Of a DNA stretch of 64,000 nt, positions 27,996 to 39,642 are shown piece by piece. Made by a program: the position numbers and the translations under genes. Source of the DNA: a virus (Duplodnaviria > Caudoviricetes); the IMG/VR virus record IMGVR_UViG_3300032030_000007, positions 32,001 to 96,000 of that record, one strand, 5' to 3'. The notes under the pieces are model-generated. The model was given only the letters and a program-made list of their open reading frames with translations. It made no database searches and had not been told where the DNA came from. Position 1 is the stretch's first letter. Every line of letters starts with the position of its first letter.

Positions 27996-30900
27996 TTATA
28001 ATTTTTTTTCCAATATATATTCTGAAAGTGATTTTGATTTAAACATTTCTTCCAAGAATAAATCTAAATTATCATATTTGTTTAAGCTTTCATTTGTTTC
28101 AGGATCTATATGATTTAATAATTTATTATATTGTTTTCCTTCTTTTTTGTTTCCACCAAATATTCCTCTTACAAAATTCTTAAGTTTAGACCAAAAACCG
28201 CTACCTTTTTTAGTGTTTTCTGATTTATGTTGTGCAAGTTTATATGAAGAAGCTTTTTTAGATATGTCTTCTATTTTTTCTGGTTTTATTTTTCCATCTT
28301 TCCCAATAGCATCAGGATCAATTTCTTTAACTGCTTTTATTGTTTCTTCATCGGCATTTTTTAATTTTTCATCATATTCTTTTTTCTTATCTTCTTCATA
28401 TTTCTTATCATCTTCATTTTGAGCAATACTGGATGAAGATCCATTAAATATAAAATCCTTCGCAGATTTTGGATTATTTAAAATATTTGTAATTTCTCCA
28501 TTTGTTAAACTACCAAATTCTTTACGTTTAGCATTTTCATCACCAATTGTTTTAAATTTATCACTATCTTTATTATCGCAAGGATTTAATATTGTAAATC
28601 CTCTAAGATATTCAGTTTGCTTATTTAAAATATCTCCTAACATTATCGATAGATTTTCTTTAGATGTTCCACCCTTAATTTCAATAAATTCATAATTATC
28701 ACTAATGCCTTTTAATGTAAATACATCTTTACGAGGTCCATTATCATCTGAATTACTTAAATCAATAACATAATTATAAGCAATCATTAAAATTGGTTTT
28801 TCATCTTCATTAGTATCTTCAGTTTTATCAGATTCTTCATCTTTAGATTTTTTAGAATCATCTTCCAAATCTTTAGGTAATGGAGCATCCATTTTTTTCA
28901 ATTCATCTTCAGCTTCCTTTTTAGATGTTGTAACATCATTATTATCTTCAGTTTTTTCAACTTTTTCTTCAGTATCTTTATTAACTATATCTTCATCGAT
29001 TTTTAAAGGAGCCCATTCTTCTTTAGGTTTCCATTCCTTTTCATCAACATCTAATGCGATTTCATCAATAGTTAATAAATGATCAATCATTTTTTTATAT
29101 GTAGCAATTATAACGTCTTCATTTTCATTTTTCATAAATTGACTTTTCAAAATTGCTGCATCTATAAATGCATCTCGATATGCATTATATGATTCTTCTG
29201 TATCTGGACCTTTCCATACACAATAATGAACTGCTAATAATTCAATATCCTTAGGACCAAATACATTATTTTTAGGGTTATCATCAGTTGCTCTCTTCTT
29301 TACTAGTTCATAAGGTTCATATTTGTAATCCTTATCATAAATAAATTTACTTGTTTTATTTGATTCATTTAAAGTAAATATTGAATCTAATAATATTTTA
29401 GTATTACCCTTGAAATCACCCTTCTTTTGATCATCTGTTGCTTTATTGTTTTCTTCTCCGATTTTTGTTAAATATAAATTCTTAAGATCAATAAAGTTTT
29501 GTTTAATATCTTTAACTAATTTAGTTTTTTCATCTTCTTCTGATTCATATATTAAATAATCATGTAAAGATTTCAAAGATTCATTCTTTTCTATTTTATT
29601 TCCATAAAAAACTATTACTTCTCCATCTTTATTTATTTTTTCAAAATTAGATTTGAACGTTTTTAATTTTTCTTCTAAATCTTTCTTCTTATCTTCATCT
29701 TCTTCCCTTAATTTATCTTTAAGTTCCTTATAATATTGATTATTTGTTTCTTTTATAATATTTGTTATTTTTTCTAATTCTTTTACATGATCTGTAGCTT
29801 TTTCTTTTTTAACACCATCTTTACCTACTTCATATATATATTTCTTTTTATCAGTTCCTAACCTAACTTGGAATCCTCCATTATTCTGAAACGCATATTC
29901 AACAGATGGAATTGTTGTTAACATGCTAGATGCAGCCTTTACTATTTCTGAAGATACTGTAGCAATTTTTTCAAACGTTCCTCCAATTATAGAAAATTGA
30001 TTTTGATATCCTAAATCAATTCCGCTTTTTAATAATTTTTGTATTTGCTCACCAGTTAATTCTGCTTGTACAATAGATCCTGCTTTTGCATATATTTTTT
30101 TCAAAGGACCATTAACGATATCATTATGATCAATTTTTCCAACAGTCTTTTCAATTGCTTTAAACCAAGAAGCATCAGAATGTCCATTTAAGAATACTGT
30201 GTATTTTCCATTAGTATTTAATTTGGAAGGATTAATACCTTGTTCTTTCAGCCAATTTAATGCTTTCATTGAAGTATTAAATGGTTTCGATGGTAAATTA
30301 TCTGCTATTTCTTTAGCACTTTTACCAGCATATTCTATTGTTTTTACAATTTTATCATAGTTAATATGTTGTGCAAAAGAATCAGTAATTTCTTTAAATG
30401 ATGAACTAAAATCATCAAAACTAAATTTACCTTCTGAAATCATTTTAGTAAATGCAGCAAAACCTCTAGTTAATACATCTGGTTGAATTCCTAAATTTGC
30501 TTTACCTAATAAATCACATCCAGTTTTTGAAAATTCACTTAATATTTTTCCACCATCTCCAATTAAAGAATTAAAGTTAAATGCTAAAGCAATAATAGAT
30601 GCGATCATTCCAATTACAGTTATCCATTTTTGTAATTTTTTATATGTACCCCATTCTTTTCTAACTTTCTGCCATTGTTTCCATAATTTAACAATCTTAT
30701 ATCCATTCCACGCTAGTTTACATGCAAGCGGTACTAATAGAGCAATAAATGTTCCTGGGAATACTGCACAAACAACGCCAGGTATAACTACACAAACAGA
30801 TGCCCATATTAAGAATTGCTTAAATCCAGACCAAAGCATTTGCTTAACACCCTTCTTATCAGCTTGTTTTACAGTTTTTGATGTGTCTTTTGTATCTTCT

Positions 30901-31631
30901 TGATTTTTGGATTCTTCATCTTCAATAATTAATTGTTGTCCATAAGCTTCAAAAGATTCATTTGCAGTTTCTGATTTAAAATCGTATATATCGTTTCCTT
31001 TTATTGCATCTGGATTTTTTGCTAAATCTTGTCCAATTGCATCTATATCTTCATCTTTAACATTAAATCCCATTTTCTCAAATAATTGCTTAATGGTACA
31101 ATTGAATTTTTCCAAAAGTTCCATTAATCTATTTGCCATTTCTTTAACAGACTTAATTGTCTTATTAGCAAAATCTTTTATTATTTGATTAACTTCCTTA
31201 ATTTTTGTTTTAACATTATCGTATGCTTGTAATGTTTTATCTTTACCTTGTTTTAAAACATTAACAACATTTTGATATACTTTAGAATTTTTAAATCCTT
31301 CATTTATTTCTAAAGCATCATTAATATATTGTTCATATACATTAAGTTCTTCTAATAATGTTTCTTTATAGTCTTCACATATAAAAATGAAAAAATCACG
31401 AGCAGTTATAGATTCATCTAATGTTAATTTATAATTGTATGAAGCTTCATTAACTGGATTATAAAGGTTATTATATGTATATTGACCAAATTTTTGTAAA
31501 AGATTATCTATATCTTTTCCATGTTCAATAATTAATTGAGATTCATTAATCATTCTAATATTATTATTTAATGATTCATCAATATTAGAATATCCATTAT
31601 TGATATTTATATACTTTGTTAATGATTGCAT
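27996..31631 (-). CDS. 1211-aa protein with TM-like segments and acidic stretches; possible internal head/ejection protein
   Basis: Recurrent [KQ]SLxxY[IL] and x[ND]ES motifs; hydrophobic block near aa 270-350. Confidence 0.7.
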   Translation of the reverse strand: MQSLTKYININNGYSNIDESLNNNIRMINESQLIIEHGKDIDNLLQKFGQYTYNNLYNPVNEASYNYKLTLDESITARDFFIFICEDYKETLLEELNVYEQYINDALEINEGFKNSKVYQNVVNVLKQGKDKTLQAYDNVKTKIKEVNQIIKDFANKTIKSVKEMANRLMELLEKFNCTIKQLFEKMGFNVKDEDIDAIGQDLAKNPDAIKGNDIYDFKSETANESFEAYGQQLIIEDEESKNQEDTKDTSKTVKQADKKGVKQMLWSGFKQFLIWASVCVVIPGVVCAVFPGTFIALLVPLACKLAWNGYKIVKLWKQWQKVRKEWGTYKKLQKWITVIGMIASIIALAFNFNSLIGDGGKILSEFSKTGCDLLGKANLGIQPDVLTRGFAAFTKMISEGKFSFDDFSSSFKEITDSFAQHINYDKIVKTIEYAGKSAKEIADNLPSKPFNTSMKALNWLKEQGINPSKLNTNGKYTVFLNGHSDASWFKAIEKTVGKIDHNDIVNGPLKKIYAKAGSIVQAELTGEQIQKLLKSGIDLGYQNQFSIIGGTFEKIATVSSEIVKAASSMLTTIPSVEYAFQNNGGFQVRLGTDKKKYIYEVGKDGVKKEKATDHVKELEKITNIIKETNNQYYKELKDKLREEDEDKKKDLEEKLKTFKSNFEKINKDGEVIVFYGNKIEKNESLKSLHDYLIYESEEDEKTKLVKDIKQNFIDLKNLYLTKIGEENNKATDDQKKGDFKGNTKILLDSIFTLNESNKTSKFIYDKDYKYEPYELVKKRATDDNPKNNVFGPKDIELLAVHYCVWKGPDTEESYNAYRDAFIDAAILKSQFMKNENEDVIIATYKKMIDHLLTIDEIALDVDEKEWKPKEEWAPLKIDEDIVNKDTEEKVEKTEDNNDVTTSKKEAEDELKKMDAPLPKDLEDDSKKSKDEESDKTEDTNEDEKPILMIAYNYVIDLSNSDDNGPRKDVFTLKGISDNYEFIEIKGGTSKENLSIMLGDILNKQTEYLRGFTILNPCDNKDSDKFKTIGDENAKRKEFGSLTNGEITNILNNPKSAKDFIFNGSSSSIAQNEDDKKYEEDKKKEYDEKLKNADEETIKAVKEIDPDAIGKDGKIKPEKIEDISKKASSYKLAQHKSENTKKGSGFWSKLKNFVRGIFGGNKKEGKQYNKLLNHIDPETNESLNKYDNLDLFLEEMFKSKSLSEYILEKKL

Positions 31632-31668
31632 ATATTAGTAAATTTATATTTAAATATATTAAAAATAA

Positions 31669-31698
31669 AAAAGTAAACACATTAAGTGTTTACTTTTA
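31669..31698. terminator. Terminator-like hairpin
   Basis: AAAAGTAAACAC/GTGTTTACTTTT inverted repeat. Confidence 0.7.
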
Positions 31699-31817
31699 CT
31701 AATATAATTCTAAAATTAATTCTTTTGATTTCGTAACTCCATTAGGATTCATATAAGTAAATGCACAAGACCTATATGATAATGATACATCTACTATATC
31801 AATTAATTGTCTTCATA

Positions 31818-33753
31818 TTACCAAAGTCTACGATCTACTCTATTATCTATAAGCCACTCAATATGCTCTTTTAAGTCACGTTCTCTCATTTCTTTTTTGA
31901 TCTCAATATCAGGATCAAATCTATTATATTCATATGCATGACATGTAGTTCTTCCGAACTTATAATTTCTCATTGCGCCGTCTCTGCCACAATTTTCATA
32001 AAACCGGCAATCAAAACAAGGATTATCCATAAATTATTAAAGTTTAATATCAATTTTTAAATTTAACTTAGGATCTATTTCAACTTCAATACAATCAAAT
32101 CCACAAAATCCATTCAAATACTTATGAATATTTTCTTTCCACCAAATTCCAAACATCATACAGTCACGTAATAATGCAGATTCCCAAGTTGGAGTATGAT
32201 AACCAGGATATGAATAATTTTCATTTCTATAGATTTCGAGTCCAGAATACAAATCAGCGTTCTTACTAAAGAATACAAAATTCTCACCAAACCATCTAAA
32301 TGGCTGTTTACGCTCTTCATCAGTCAAATAACCTTTACGAAATGGATTAGAACGAAATCCCTTACCATTTTCAAAATAACTATCAATATTCTGTGTCATA
32401 ATTAATATAATTTAATATAAACATTTTCCATAATATTTCATAAATATATTGTGTGCTAATATTTCTGCAGATAATCCTCTTAAATTTGTATTTTGTATTA
32501 CCCAATTCTTGAGGATTACATGCCTTGATTTTATATATGATTCACTTAACATTAAACAAATAATTTTAATTATTATTCATAATTTTCATAATCTTGCCAA
32601 TCATAATGTTTTCCAAAAATATGAATCATAATTGGATAATATACTTTATATTCCCAAAATCCCTTACACAAAATATAATACTTGAAATATTGCCAATAAG
32701 AACATTCATACCATGCACGAATTTTTCTCCCAAGTTTAGTATACATAATAAACCTTTCAGTTGGTCTTTCTCCAAGTTTAAAATCAGGTTCAGACCATTG
32801 AATCATATTGTATTTCCAAAGCCAATTCATAACTTCAGGAGTATGATCTCTTTTCCACCTACTTTCTGTGCTACGATTATACATTGTACAAGAACTAAAC
32901 TTATGAGCAGTTTCTCCCTTACGAACAAAATATTTCTTAAGCCACATAATATTTCTTATTTATTATAATTCTACTTTATATTAATAATCCCAAGTTTCAG
33001 GTCTCGCATTGTCGTAATCTTCAAGATATCTGTTTTCCATTATCTTATCTTCAATAGCAAAATTAACAGCATCTTTATATTCCTTTGAATTGGGAGCATA
33101 TCCTGAACACCAGTCAGCATCAACATCATAAATCTTTTTTGTTTTTGTTGATATAATACGAACTCCATTAAAATGAACTGTTACGTTCTTCTCAAAATGA
33201 TAAGTCTTATAATTGAATTTCTCCTTAAAGAATCGTTTCATTGGACGTGGTGCGATAACACAAATAAAATCTGCGCCATCCTCAATAGCATTACGATATC
33301 CAATTGTAAGATAAACTTCCTTTCGTTTTCCTACCTCACGATTAACACTGCTGTTTGAACGAACAATTACAAAATCACCAACATTAATAGTATTCATATT
33401 AATAAATATTTAATTCGTGTGCTAATGAATGTTTCTTTAAACATAGTTTTTTCCAAATCTCCATACTTATTGGTATAGTAAATGGAATAATGAACTCCAA
33501 TAAATTATATAAAAGTTTTTTCCTACTCATTGGTCATATCCATAATAAGTTCTGAATTCTTAAACTTCTTCTGAAGCCAAGTAATACCGAGAAGCTCGAA
33601 GATTTTCTCCTTAGTAAAATTCTTAAGATACATAAACAGAATTCCAAGAATAATGAAACCGATAAAATTATAAGAATTAACGTTTTCATTAAGAATCATT
33701 ACCATTGCCATTACTGACAGAATGTAAAACGAAATGGAATTTAAAATCTTCAT
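31818..33753 (-). CDS. Five hypothetical proteins (31818-32030, 32037-32399, 32573-32947, 32981-33397, 33523-33753)
   Basis: Co-oriented array after promoter 33785-33812. Confidence 0.6.
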
Positions 33754-33865
33754 ATTTTTTATTTTTATTTATATTAACAGTATTAATATAGTTAAGATAT
33801 AAAAAAATTCAAATATAATTTAATTTTTATGAATTAAATGAAATAAAAATATAATATAAAAAATT

Positions 33866-34609
33866 ATGATATATTTAAAGAAATTCAATAATGATATTGA
33901 AAGAAGCAACTATATAAAATCAAACTTTGTTTCTCCGCATTTATTTTTAGATGTTGAAACTAAGAACGTTAATTATTTACAGCATTATAAAAGATTAGAA
34001 TATATTAGCAGTACACAAACAGGTGGACAGTATATAGATTTAGGATGTCACTTATTGGAAAATACAGATGACATTAAAATAGATATAAAGTTTAATATTA
34101 GAGATGTAGGTAAATCATCTTCAGGTAGTGATCCTAATTTAGCAACATTAATTGGTTCACAATCAGAATCAGGATCACCATGGCCTGGATTTATATTAAG
34201 AAGAAAATCAACATCAGGTTTCCCTCTTCATTTACAAACAAAATGGGCATTTACAAATTCAGTTAAAATTGGTAGTAATAAATGGGAATCAAAATATTTA
34301 TCATATTATGGAAATGATCAACGTACATGGCAAACTATATATGAATTTTCAGAAACATTAGATAACATACCGCAATCGCAAGTCAATGATTGCACATGTA
34401 CTTTATTCTGTGCATTTGACGGTAATGGTAATCCATTCAGATATGCTTTAGCTGATTTATATTATTTGAAATTTACAAAAGGAGGACACATTGTTAGAAA
34501 CTTGATACCAGTACAAAGAAATTCAGATAATGAAGTTGGACTTTGGGATATGGAAAATCAAGTATTCTATACATCACAAGGAAATGAACCTTTTGTAGGA
34601 ACAGAATAA
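33866..34609 (+). CDS. Putative virion/tail accessory protein (lectin-like beta-sandwich)
   Basis: LEYISST..GQYIDLG ... VRNLIPV...GLWD....FY...G pattern typical of phage tail-fibre modules. Confidence 0.6.
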   Translation: MIYLKKFNNDIERSNYIKSNFVSPHLFLDVETKNVNYLQHYKRLEYISSTQTGGQYIDLGCHLLENTDDIKIDIKFNIRDVGKSSSGSDPNLATLIGSQSESGSPWPGFILRRKSTSGFPLHLQTKWAFTNSVKIGSNKWESKYLSYYGNDQRTWQTIYEFSETLDNIPQSQVNDCTCTLFCAFDGNGNPFRYALADLYYLKFTKGGHIVRNLIPVQRNSDNEVGLWDMENQVFYTSQGNEPFVGTE

Positions 34610-34661
34610 ATGTAAAATAATTTTAATTATAAAGATATATTTTAAATCTTAATAGATAACA

Positions 34662-34745
34662 TAGATCTTACTTCTAATGCGGTCAAACTATAAAGTATTA
34701 ATAACTATACATATTATAATTTGACCGCATTAGAAGTAAGATCTA
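34662..34745. repeat. Perfect 26-bp inverted repeat between convergent genes
   Basis: TAGATCTTACTTCTAATGCGGTCAAA (34662-34687) / TTTGACCGCATTAGAAGTAAGATCTA (34720-34745). Confidence 0.95.
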
Positions 34746-34752
34746 AGATAAT

Positions 34753-35604
34753 TTATAAATCTTTAAGTTTTATTATTTCATTATCATTTGCCAATATCCA
34801 TGCTTGTCTTGAATCTACCATAGCTATTTTCTTTTCATTATCAACGTGTCCTTCATCAAATCCGTAAGCTGCCAAAGTATGACCAAATATTTGGAAAGGT
34901 CCTCCTTCATTAGCATTATCAAAAGACCATTCTTCATAGTCTGCCCATATACAGCTACCATTTTCTTCATCTCCACCACGTAACCAAGAAGCAGACCATA
35001 ATAAAGCTTGACCTTGCCAATCCAATTTAAATTGATTTAATTCTTCAGCAGTTGGCGTTATATTAGCTAACATATTACAAAATGGCATACGTTCATCTGC
35101 AACTATTTTTGTTTTATTGCCTAATTTATCTGTTCGTGTTTCTTTATTTCTTGTAATACAGTTCTTGCCAATGAAACGCAAATGATCTAACCAATATTTT
35201 GTAGCACCAGCATGTGTATATAAATATCTTTCATCATTGATTGTTTCTTCATAGGCTATATTAAATAATGTAAAATTCTTTAGAAACAAATCTTTAATGA
35301 TTTGAAAGTTCATAGGATTTTCATCTACTCTTGACTTAAATTCACAATCATACCAATAATGCATATCATGATTGCCAATCAATAAATGAATTCTATTATC
35401 ATTTTTTGCAGTTTCTATAATTTCTTTAAAGTTTTCAATTGCTTGTTTTCTTGTTATTCCTTCAAAATCATAAGGATCAACATAATCTCCCAAAAATACT
35501 ATGTTTAATTCTGGGTATTTTTCTTTTGGAAATTTTTGTATAGCATCTTTCCAAAATGTTCTTCCATGTATATCTGGTAATATTAAAGTATGTATGCTAT
35601 TCAT
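34753..35604 (-). CDS. Calcineurin-like metallophosphoesterase
   Basis: DIHG, GDYVD, GNHD, THAG, FGHT motifs. Confidence 0.92.
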   Translation of the reverse strand: MNSIHTLILPDIHGRTFWKDAIQKFPKEKYPELNIVFLGDYVDPYDFEGITRKQAIENFKEIIETAKNDNRIHLLIGNHDMHYWYDCEFKSRVDENPMNFQIIKDLFLKNFTLFNIAYEETINDERYLYTHAGATKYWLDHLRFIGKNCITRNKETRTDKLGNKTKIVADERMPFCNMLANITPTAEELNQFKLDWQGQALLWSASWLRGGDEENGSCIWADYEEWSFDNANEGGPFQIFGHTLAAYGFDEGHVDNEKKIAMVDSRQAWILANDNEIIKLKDL

Positions 35605-35824
35605 AAGTCTTTATTTAGTTATATTAAATATGTAAAAGATACATATAGCAACAATAATTAATACGATAATTATTGCAAACATATCTGTTAAACTACTTTG
35701 ATATATAATTGTGTTATTCATATATATATTATAAAATAAAAATAAAATAGTAAATAGCTGACATTATATTTTACTGGAAAGAATATTATTTTTAATATAT
35801 TAATTAATATTATATATCATACGT

Positions 35825-38569
35825 ATGAACGAAGAAACACTTTCACTTATTAATAGTATTAAAGCTAAAAAGATTTCTCAAATGCCTATATTGGATGATA
35901 ATGAAGACTTTGAAAATCTTTGGGTTTTATTAGGATATAAGAATGAAGAAGAAAATCGCGCAGAAAACTATAAAGTAAACATATATCAGTTAGCTCAATT
36001 GTTAATAGATACTGGTATGTTGACTGGTGGTGGAAGCAATCATACAATTTCTTATTCATTAAATAATATATCTACAACATCACCTGATGTATTCACTGGT
36101 GTTAATGCATCTATAACATTAGTTCCTGATAGAGGTTATGATTTACCTGATGAAAATGCTATTAGTGTAGCCGGAGCAAGAATTACATCATATAATCCTC
36201 AAACTGGATTATTGAAGATTGCTGCTTCACCAGATGCTGAAGTTATAACTATATCTGCGAATGGTATTCAAAAAGAATATTCATTAAATTTATATTTAGA
36301 TTATATAACATCTGATTTGGATAATTCTCAAGAAACATATCATATTGATGATGTAGTTGAAATTAATTTTGAAACAACAGAACCAGAACGTTTTGATTTA
36401 CCTGCAAGAGCAAATATTACATATGCTAATTTGCAAATATTATCTTATCAAAATAATGGCTCAACTGGTACATTATCATTTAAAATAAATGGCACAGGAA
36501 ACCCAACAATTAGAATGACTGGTGAAAGAATTTATGTATATTACTTTGGCCATTCAATATCTGGAGATAATATTCTTGAATATAATGATTATGGAATACC
36601 AACAGGCCCAGGTTCTCGTTTCAATAGTTTGATTAACGCTCGTGGAAGATGCCCAATTAATTTTAACGATAATTATGTTTGGCCTGATGGAATTAATGAT
36701 GGAGATGTATTTGTTATAGTTCCTAAAAGATTCTTTATACCAGAAGCTAATTTATATAGAGATGACGAATATAATGGATATGATCGTGTTGCATCTACTT
36801 TAGGAATAAAACGTGTTATACAACAGAATTATTCTGATAATTCATTAATGTATTATGATTTTAGATACCAAGATGTAGAATACTGGGCATATTGTATAAC
36901 TCATGAAGGTATATCCGAATTTGATAAATTTAATAGTATCGGAGATATATCAACAAAACCAATATTTATTAATTGGGTAACAACAATACCTGTATTGGCT
37001 GCAAATAAGAATATAACTATTGATCCTGGATATTGTAACGTAACATTAGGTAATGATACATCAAGTATAATTGAATGGCCTAACTTTAATGTAAGTGTAA
37101 ATGTAGGTACAGCAGATACTACAGGTTCATCAATTGTTTATAATTCTGGTTTAATAACTGAAGATACTGATGTAACATTTACTGCAATATATCGTGGAAT
37201 AGTAAAAGATACTAAAGATACTACAGTTCCTGCTCCAGGCGAAGATGATAATCTTGTACATATATCATATGATTTAGGATTTGATGAAATTGAATCAGGT
37301 CAATCACTTACATTAGATAAGACTCGTGTAATTGGTTATTATGCTGATGATCCTGATAATCCTGATAATTTAACACAACGTCAATTGCCAAAGATTAACA
37401 GTATTGCATTTAGTAAAGTTAAAGGTTCTATTAATAGAGTATCTGATACTATATCTACATATACTGCTCCTTCTAATGTATTGACTGATACACAAGAAAC
37501 TATTACAGTAACATATAAGTCTAATTGGAGTTACCCATGTCCAATAACTATTAAAGCTGTTGATTGTGTAGATATTTATTGGCCAACTAAATTACCATAT
37601 TCTATTTATGATAATGAATTGATTTCACCAGTAGATATTACATGTTATAAAGAAAAGCCTAATGGAAGCTATGAAAAGATTACTGAACCAGTTACATTAA
37701 CTGTATCTGCAGGATCATATGCAAATAACATATATACTCCTCAAACAGTTCAATCTAATACACCAGTAACATTTACATTATCGTGGAATAACTTTACAAC
37801 GATGAAACAAGTTATTATTAAGCCAGCAACTGTAATTCAAAACACAGGATTATATTATTACATAGGTCAATACTTACCATCTGTTAATACAAATCCTGAA
37901 AATGATTTAAGTCAAACTAATTCATCTTCAGCTGGTTGGAGAAAGATTAATGGTTCATTATCATCTTATAGATCACCTAATTCAATAATTAATGAAACTA
38001 TTAAGTTATATGAAAACGTTAATGATTCTGTTACATATTATGTAGTTGTTCCTGATAATGTTGAAATATTTGAAAATAATGATACAAATGCAAATATTCA
38101 ACGTTATGGAGATTCAATCAATATTGGTGGATTATTCTATAATACATATCGTATAACTGGTAATTCATTCAACAAGAAGCTGTTCTATACAAAATCACAA
38201 ATGTTCTATTGGTATGTAGGTCTTGATAATCCTGAATCACCTGAGGTTGATCCTAATACAATTACATATGAAAATAATGCTCCTGGTTGGCATATTATAC
38301 CAAATAATATAACAACATATACAGATAAGGCAAATAATCCAATATGGTCTATTAATGGAGATCCTGATAATGCTATACCACTTGCACCAGGATTAACACC
38401 AGTTAATTATTATATTGCATTGCCTCGTGGCGTTAAAGCTGCTGATGCATTTGGTGATATATCATTACAAACAACAAACAGAACAATAACAATAGATAAT
38501 TATGAATATATTGTTTATACAAGATCTGAATTAGGCTGGGCATATACATTATATTATCCTAATGCTTAA
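35825..38569 (+). CDS. 914-aa putative structural protein with Ig-like beta-rich repeats
   Basis: Thr/Asn/Tyr-rich; duplicated C-terminal module (YYYIG..AGW..YYVVVP / YWYVG..PGW..YYIALP). Confidence 0.7.
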   Translation: MNEETLSLINSIKAKKISQMPILDDNEDFENLWVLLGYKNEEENRAENYKVNIYQLAQLLIDTGMLTGGGSNHTISYSLNNISTTSPDVFTGVNASITLVPDRGYDLPDENAISVAGARITSYNPQTGLLKIAASPDAEVITISANGIQKEYSLNLYLDYITSDLDNSQETYHIDDVVEINFETTEPERFDLPARANITYANLQILSYQNNGSTGTLSFKINGTGNPTIRMTGERIYVYYFGHSISGDNILEYNDYGIPTGPGSRFNSLINARGRCPINFNDNYVWPDGINDGDVFVIVPKRFFIPEANLYRDDEYNGYDRVASTLGIKRVIQQNYSDNSLMYYDFRYQDVEYWAYCITHEGISEFDKFNSIGDISTKPIFINWVTTIPVLAANKNITIDPGYCNVTLGNDTSSIIEWPNFNVSVNVGTADTTGSSIVYNSGLITEDTDVTFTAIYRGIVKDTKDTTVPAPGEDDNLVHISYDLGFDEIESGQSLTLDKTRVIGYYADDPDNPDNLTQRQLPKINSIAFSKVKGSINRVSDTISTYTAPSNVLTDTQETITVTYKSNWSYPCPITIKAVDCVDIYWPTKLPYSIYDNELISPVDITCYKEKPNGSYEKITEPVTLTVSAGSYANNIYTPQTVQSNTPVTFTLSWNNFTTMKQVIIKPATVIQNTGLYYYIGQYLPSVNTNPENDLSQTNSSSAGWRKINGSLSSYRSPNSIINETIKLYENVNDSVTYYVVVPDNVEIFENNDTNANIQRYGDSINIGGLFYNTYRITGNSFNKKLFYTKSQMFYWYVGLDNPESPEVDPNTITYENNAPGWHIIPNNITTYTDKANNPIWSINGDPDNAIPLAPGLTPVNYYIALPRGVKAADAFGDISLQTTNRTITIDNYEYIVYTRSELGWAYTLYYPNA

Positions 38570-38601
38570 TATAATAAATAACATAAATAAAAAAGGAGAA
38601 C

Positions 38602-39096
38602 TTAATCGTTCTCCTTTTTGTTTTCATCTAAATTCAATTTCTTCTGTACAGGTAATTTTCCTTTGTCTCTCAAATATGTTAATCTTGAACAAAATTCTTG
38701 CGTAGTCAATACAGTTTCAGACTTCTTATTCTTACCCATAGAATGAGTTAATGTTGCTCCTTTTGAAGCTTTTAATGCAGATTGAAATTTACCATTTTCA
38801 TATAATGCATTATAAGCTCTATTCAATAGATCTTGATATTCATCTGAATCTCTTTTAATTGGCTTTCCTCTCCAATATAATGTCTGTTTCTCTTGCCAAT
38901 TTTTATTTCTACCTTTTTTCTTTGCAGCATATCCAACCAAACTGCATACATATTCTTGCATATCCTTTGATTCAAATTTTAATCCTTGTAAGAATCCTTC
39001 CATAGAATTACATTGAACTCCATCTATAATAAATGGGTGAGGAGAGAAGTTACTTAATGCACCCGCAGGATATCCATTTTTACTTCCTATATCCAT
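38602..39096 (-). CDS. NADAR-family protein (T4 gp30.3-like)
   Basis: LSNFSPHPF.IDG...SMEGFLQGLKF, TLYWRG, LTHSMG, TVLT..EF. Confidence 0.8.
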   Translation of the reverse strand: MDIGSKNGYPAGALSNFSPHPFIIDGVQCNSMEGFLQGLKFESKDMQEYVCSLVGYAAKKKGRNKNWQEKQTLYWRGKPIKRDSDEYQDLLNRAYNALYENGKFQSALKASKGATLTHSMGKNKKSETVLTTQEFCSRLTYLRDKGKLPVQKKLNLDENKKEND

Positions 39097-39107
39097 AATT
39101 TTTAATT

Positions 39108-39629
39108 TTAAACTGGTGTTCTATTTCCTAATGTTATTATTCTTTGATTTGTACTTCCTCTGAATGGTGTATGTGATATATCTCTTAATTCTTGTTTATA
39201 AGGTCCATCTACCAATACATCAATATTGTCTAATATATCTTTCTTTAATCTATTAACTCTGCTATCATCATTATCTTTAATTATGTCTTCATAAACATAC
39301 CCAGTATATAACCATATTGTTTTTGTTGGGAAGTTTAATCTTACCCATTTAATAATATCTAATAATGATATTAGGCCACGTTCATCCTGGCATAATGGAT
39401 CACCGCCCGAAAATGTAAGTCCATCTACATAATCTCGTGAAAGCCAATTTTCAAGTTTAGATAATATAAAATCTTGTTCTTCAATAAAATCTTTTCCTTG
39501 ATTAAAATCCCACGACCATTGGTTATGACATCCTGGACAGTGATGATGACACCCAGCTACCCATAAAGTTACACGAATTCCATTTCCATTATTAATATCT
39601 GGTGCAGTTATATCTAATATTCTAAGCAT
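39108..39629 (-). CDS. nrdG: Anaerobic ribonucleotide reductase activase
   Basis: NGNGIRVTLWVAGCHHHCPGCHN, SGGDP, DVLVDG, RGSTNQR. Confidence 0.96.
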   Translation of the reverse strand: MLRILDITAPDINNGNGIRVTLWVAGCHHHCPGCHNQWSWDFNQGKDFIEEQDFILSKLENWLSRDYVDGLTFSGGDPLCQDERGLISLLDIIKWVRLNFPTKTIWLYTGYVYEDIIKDNDDSRVNRLKKDILDNIDVLVDGPYKQELRDISHTPFRGSTNQRIITLGNRTPV

Positions 39630-39642
39630 TATACATATTAAT

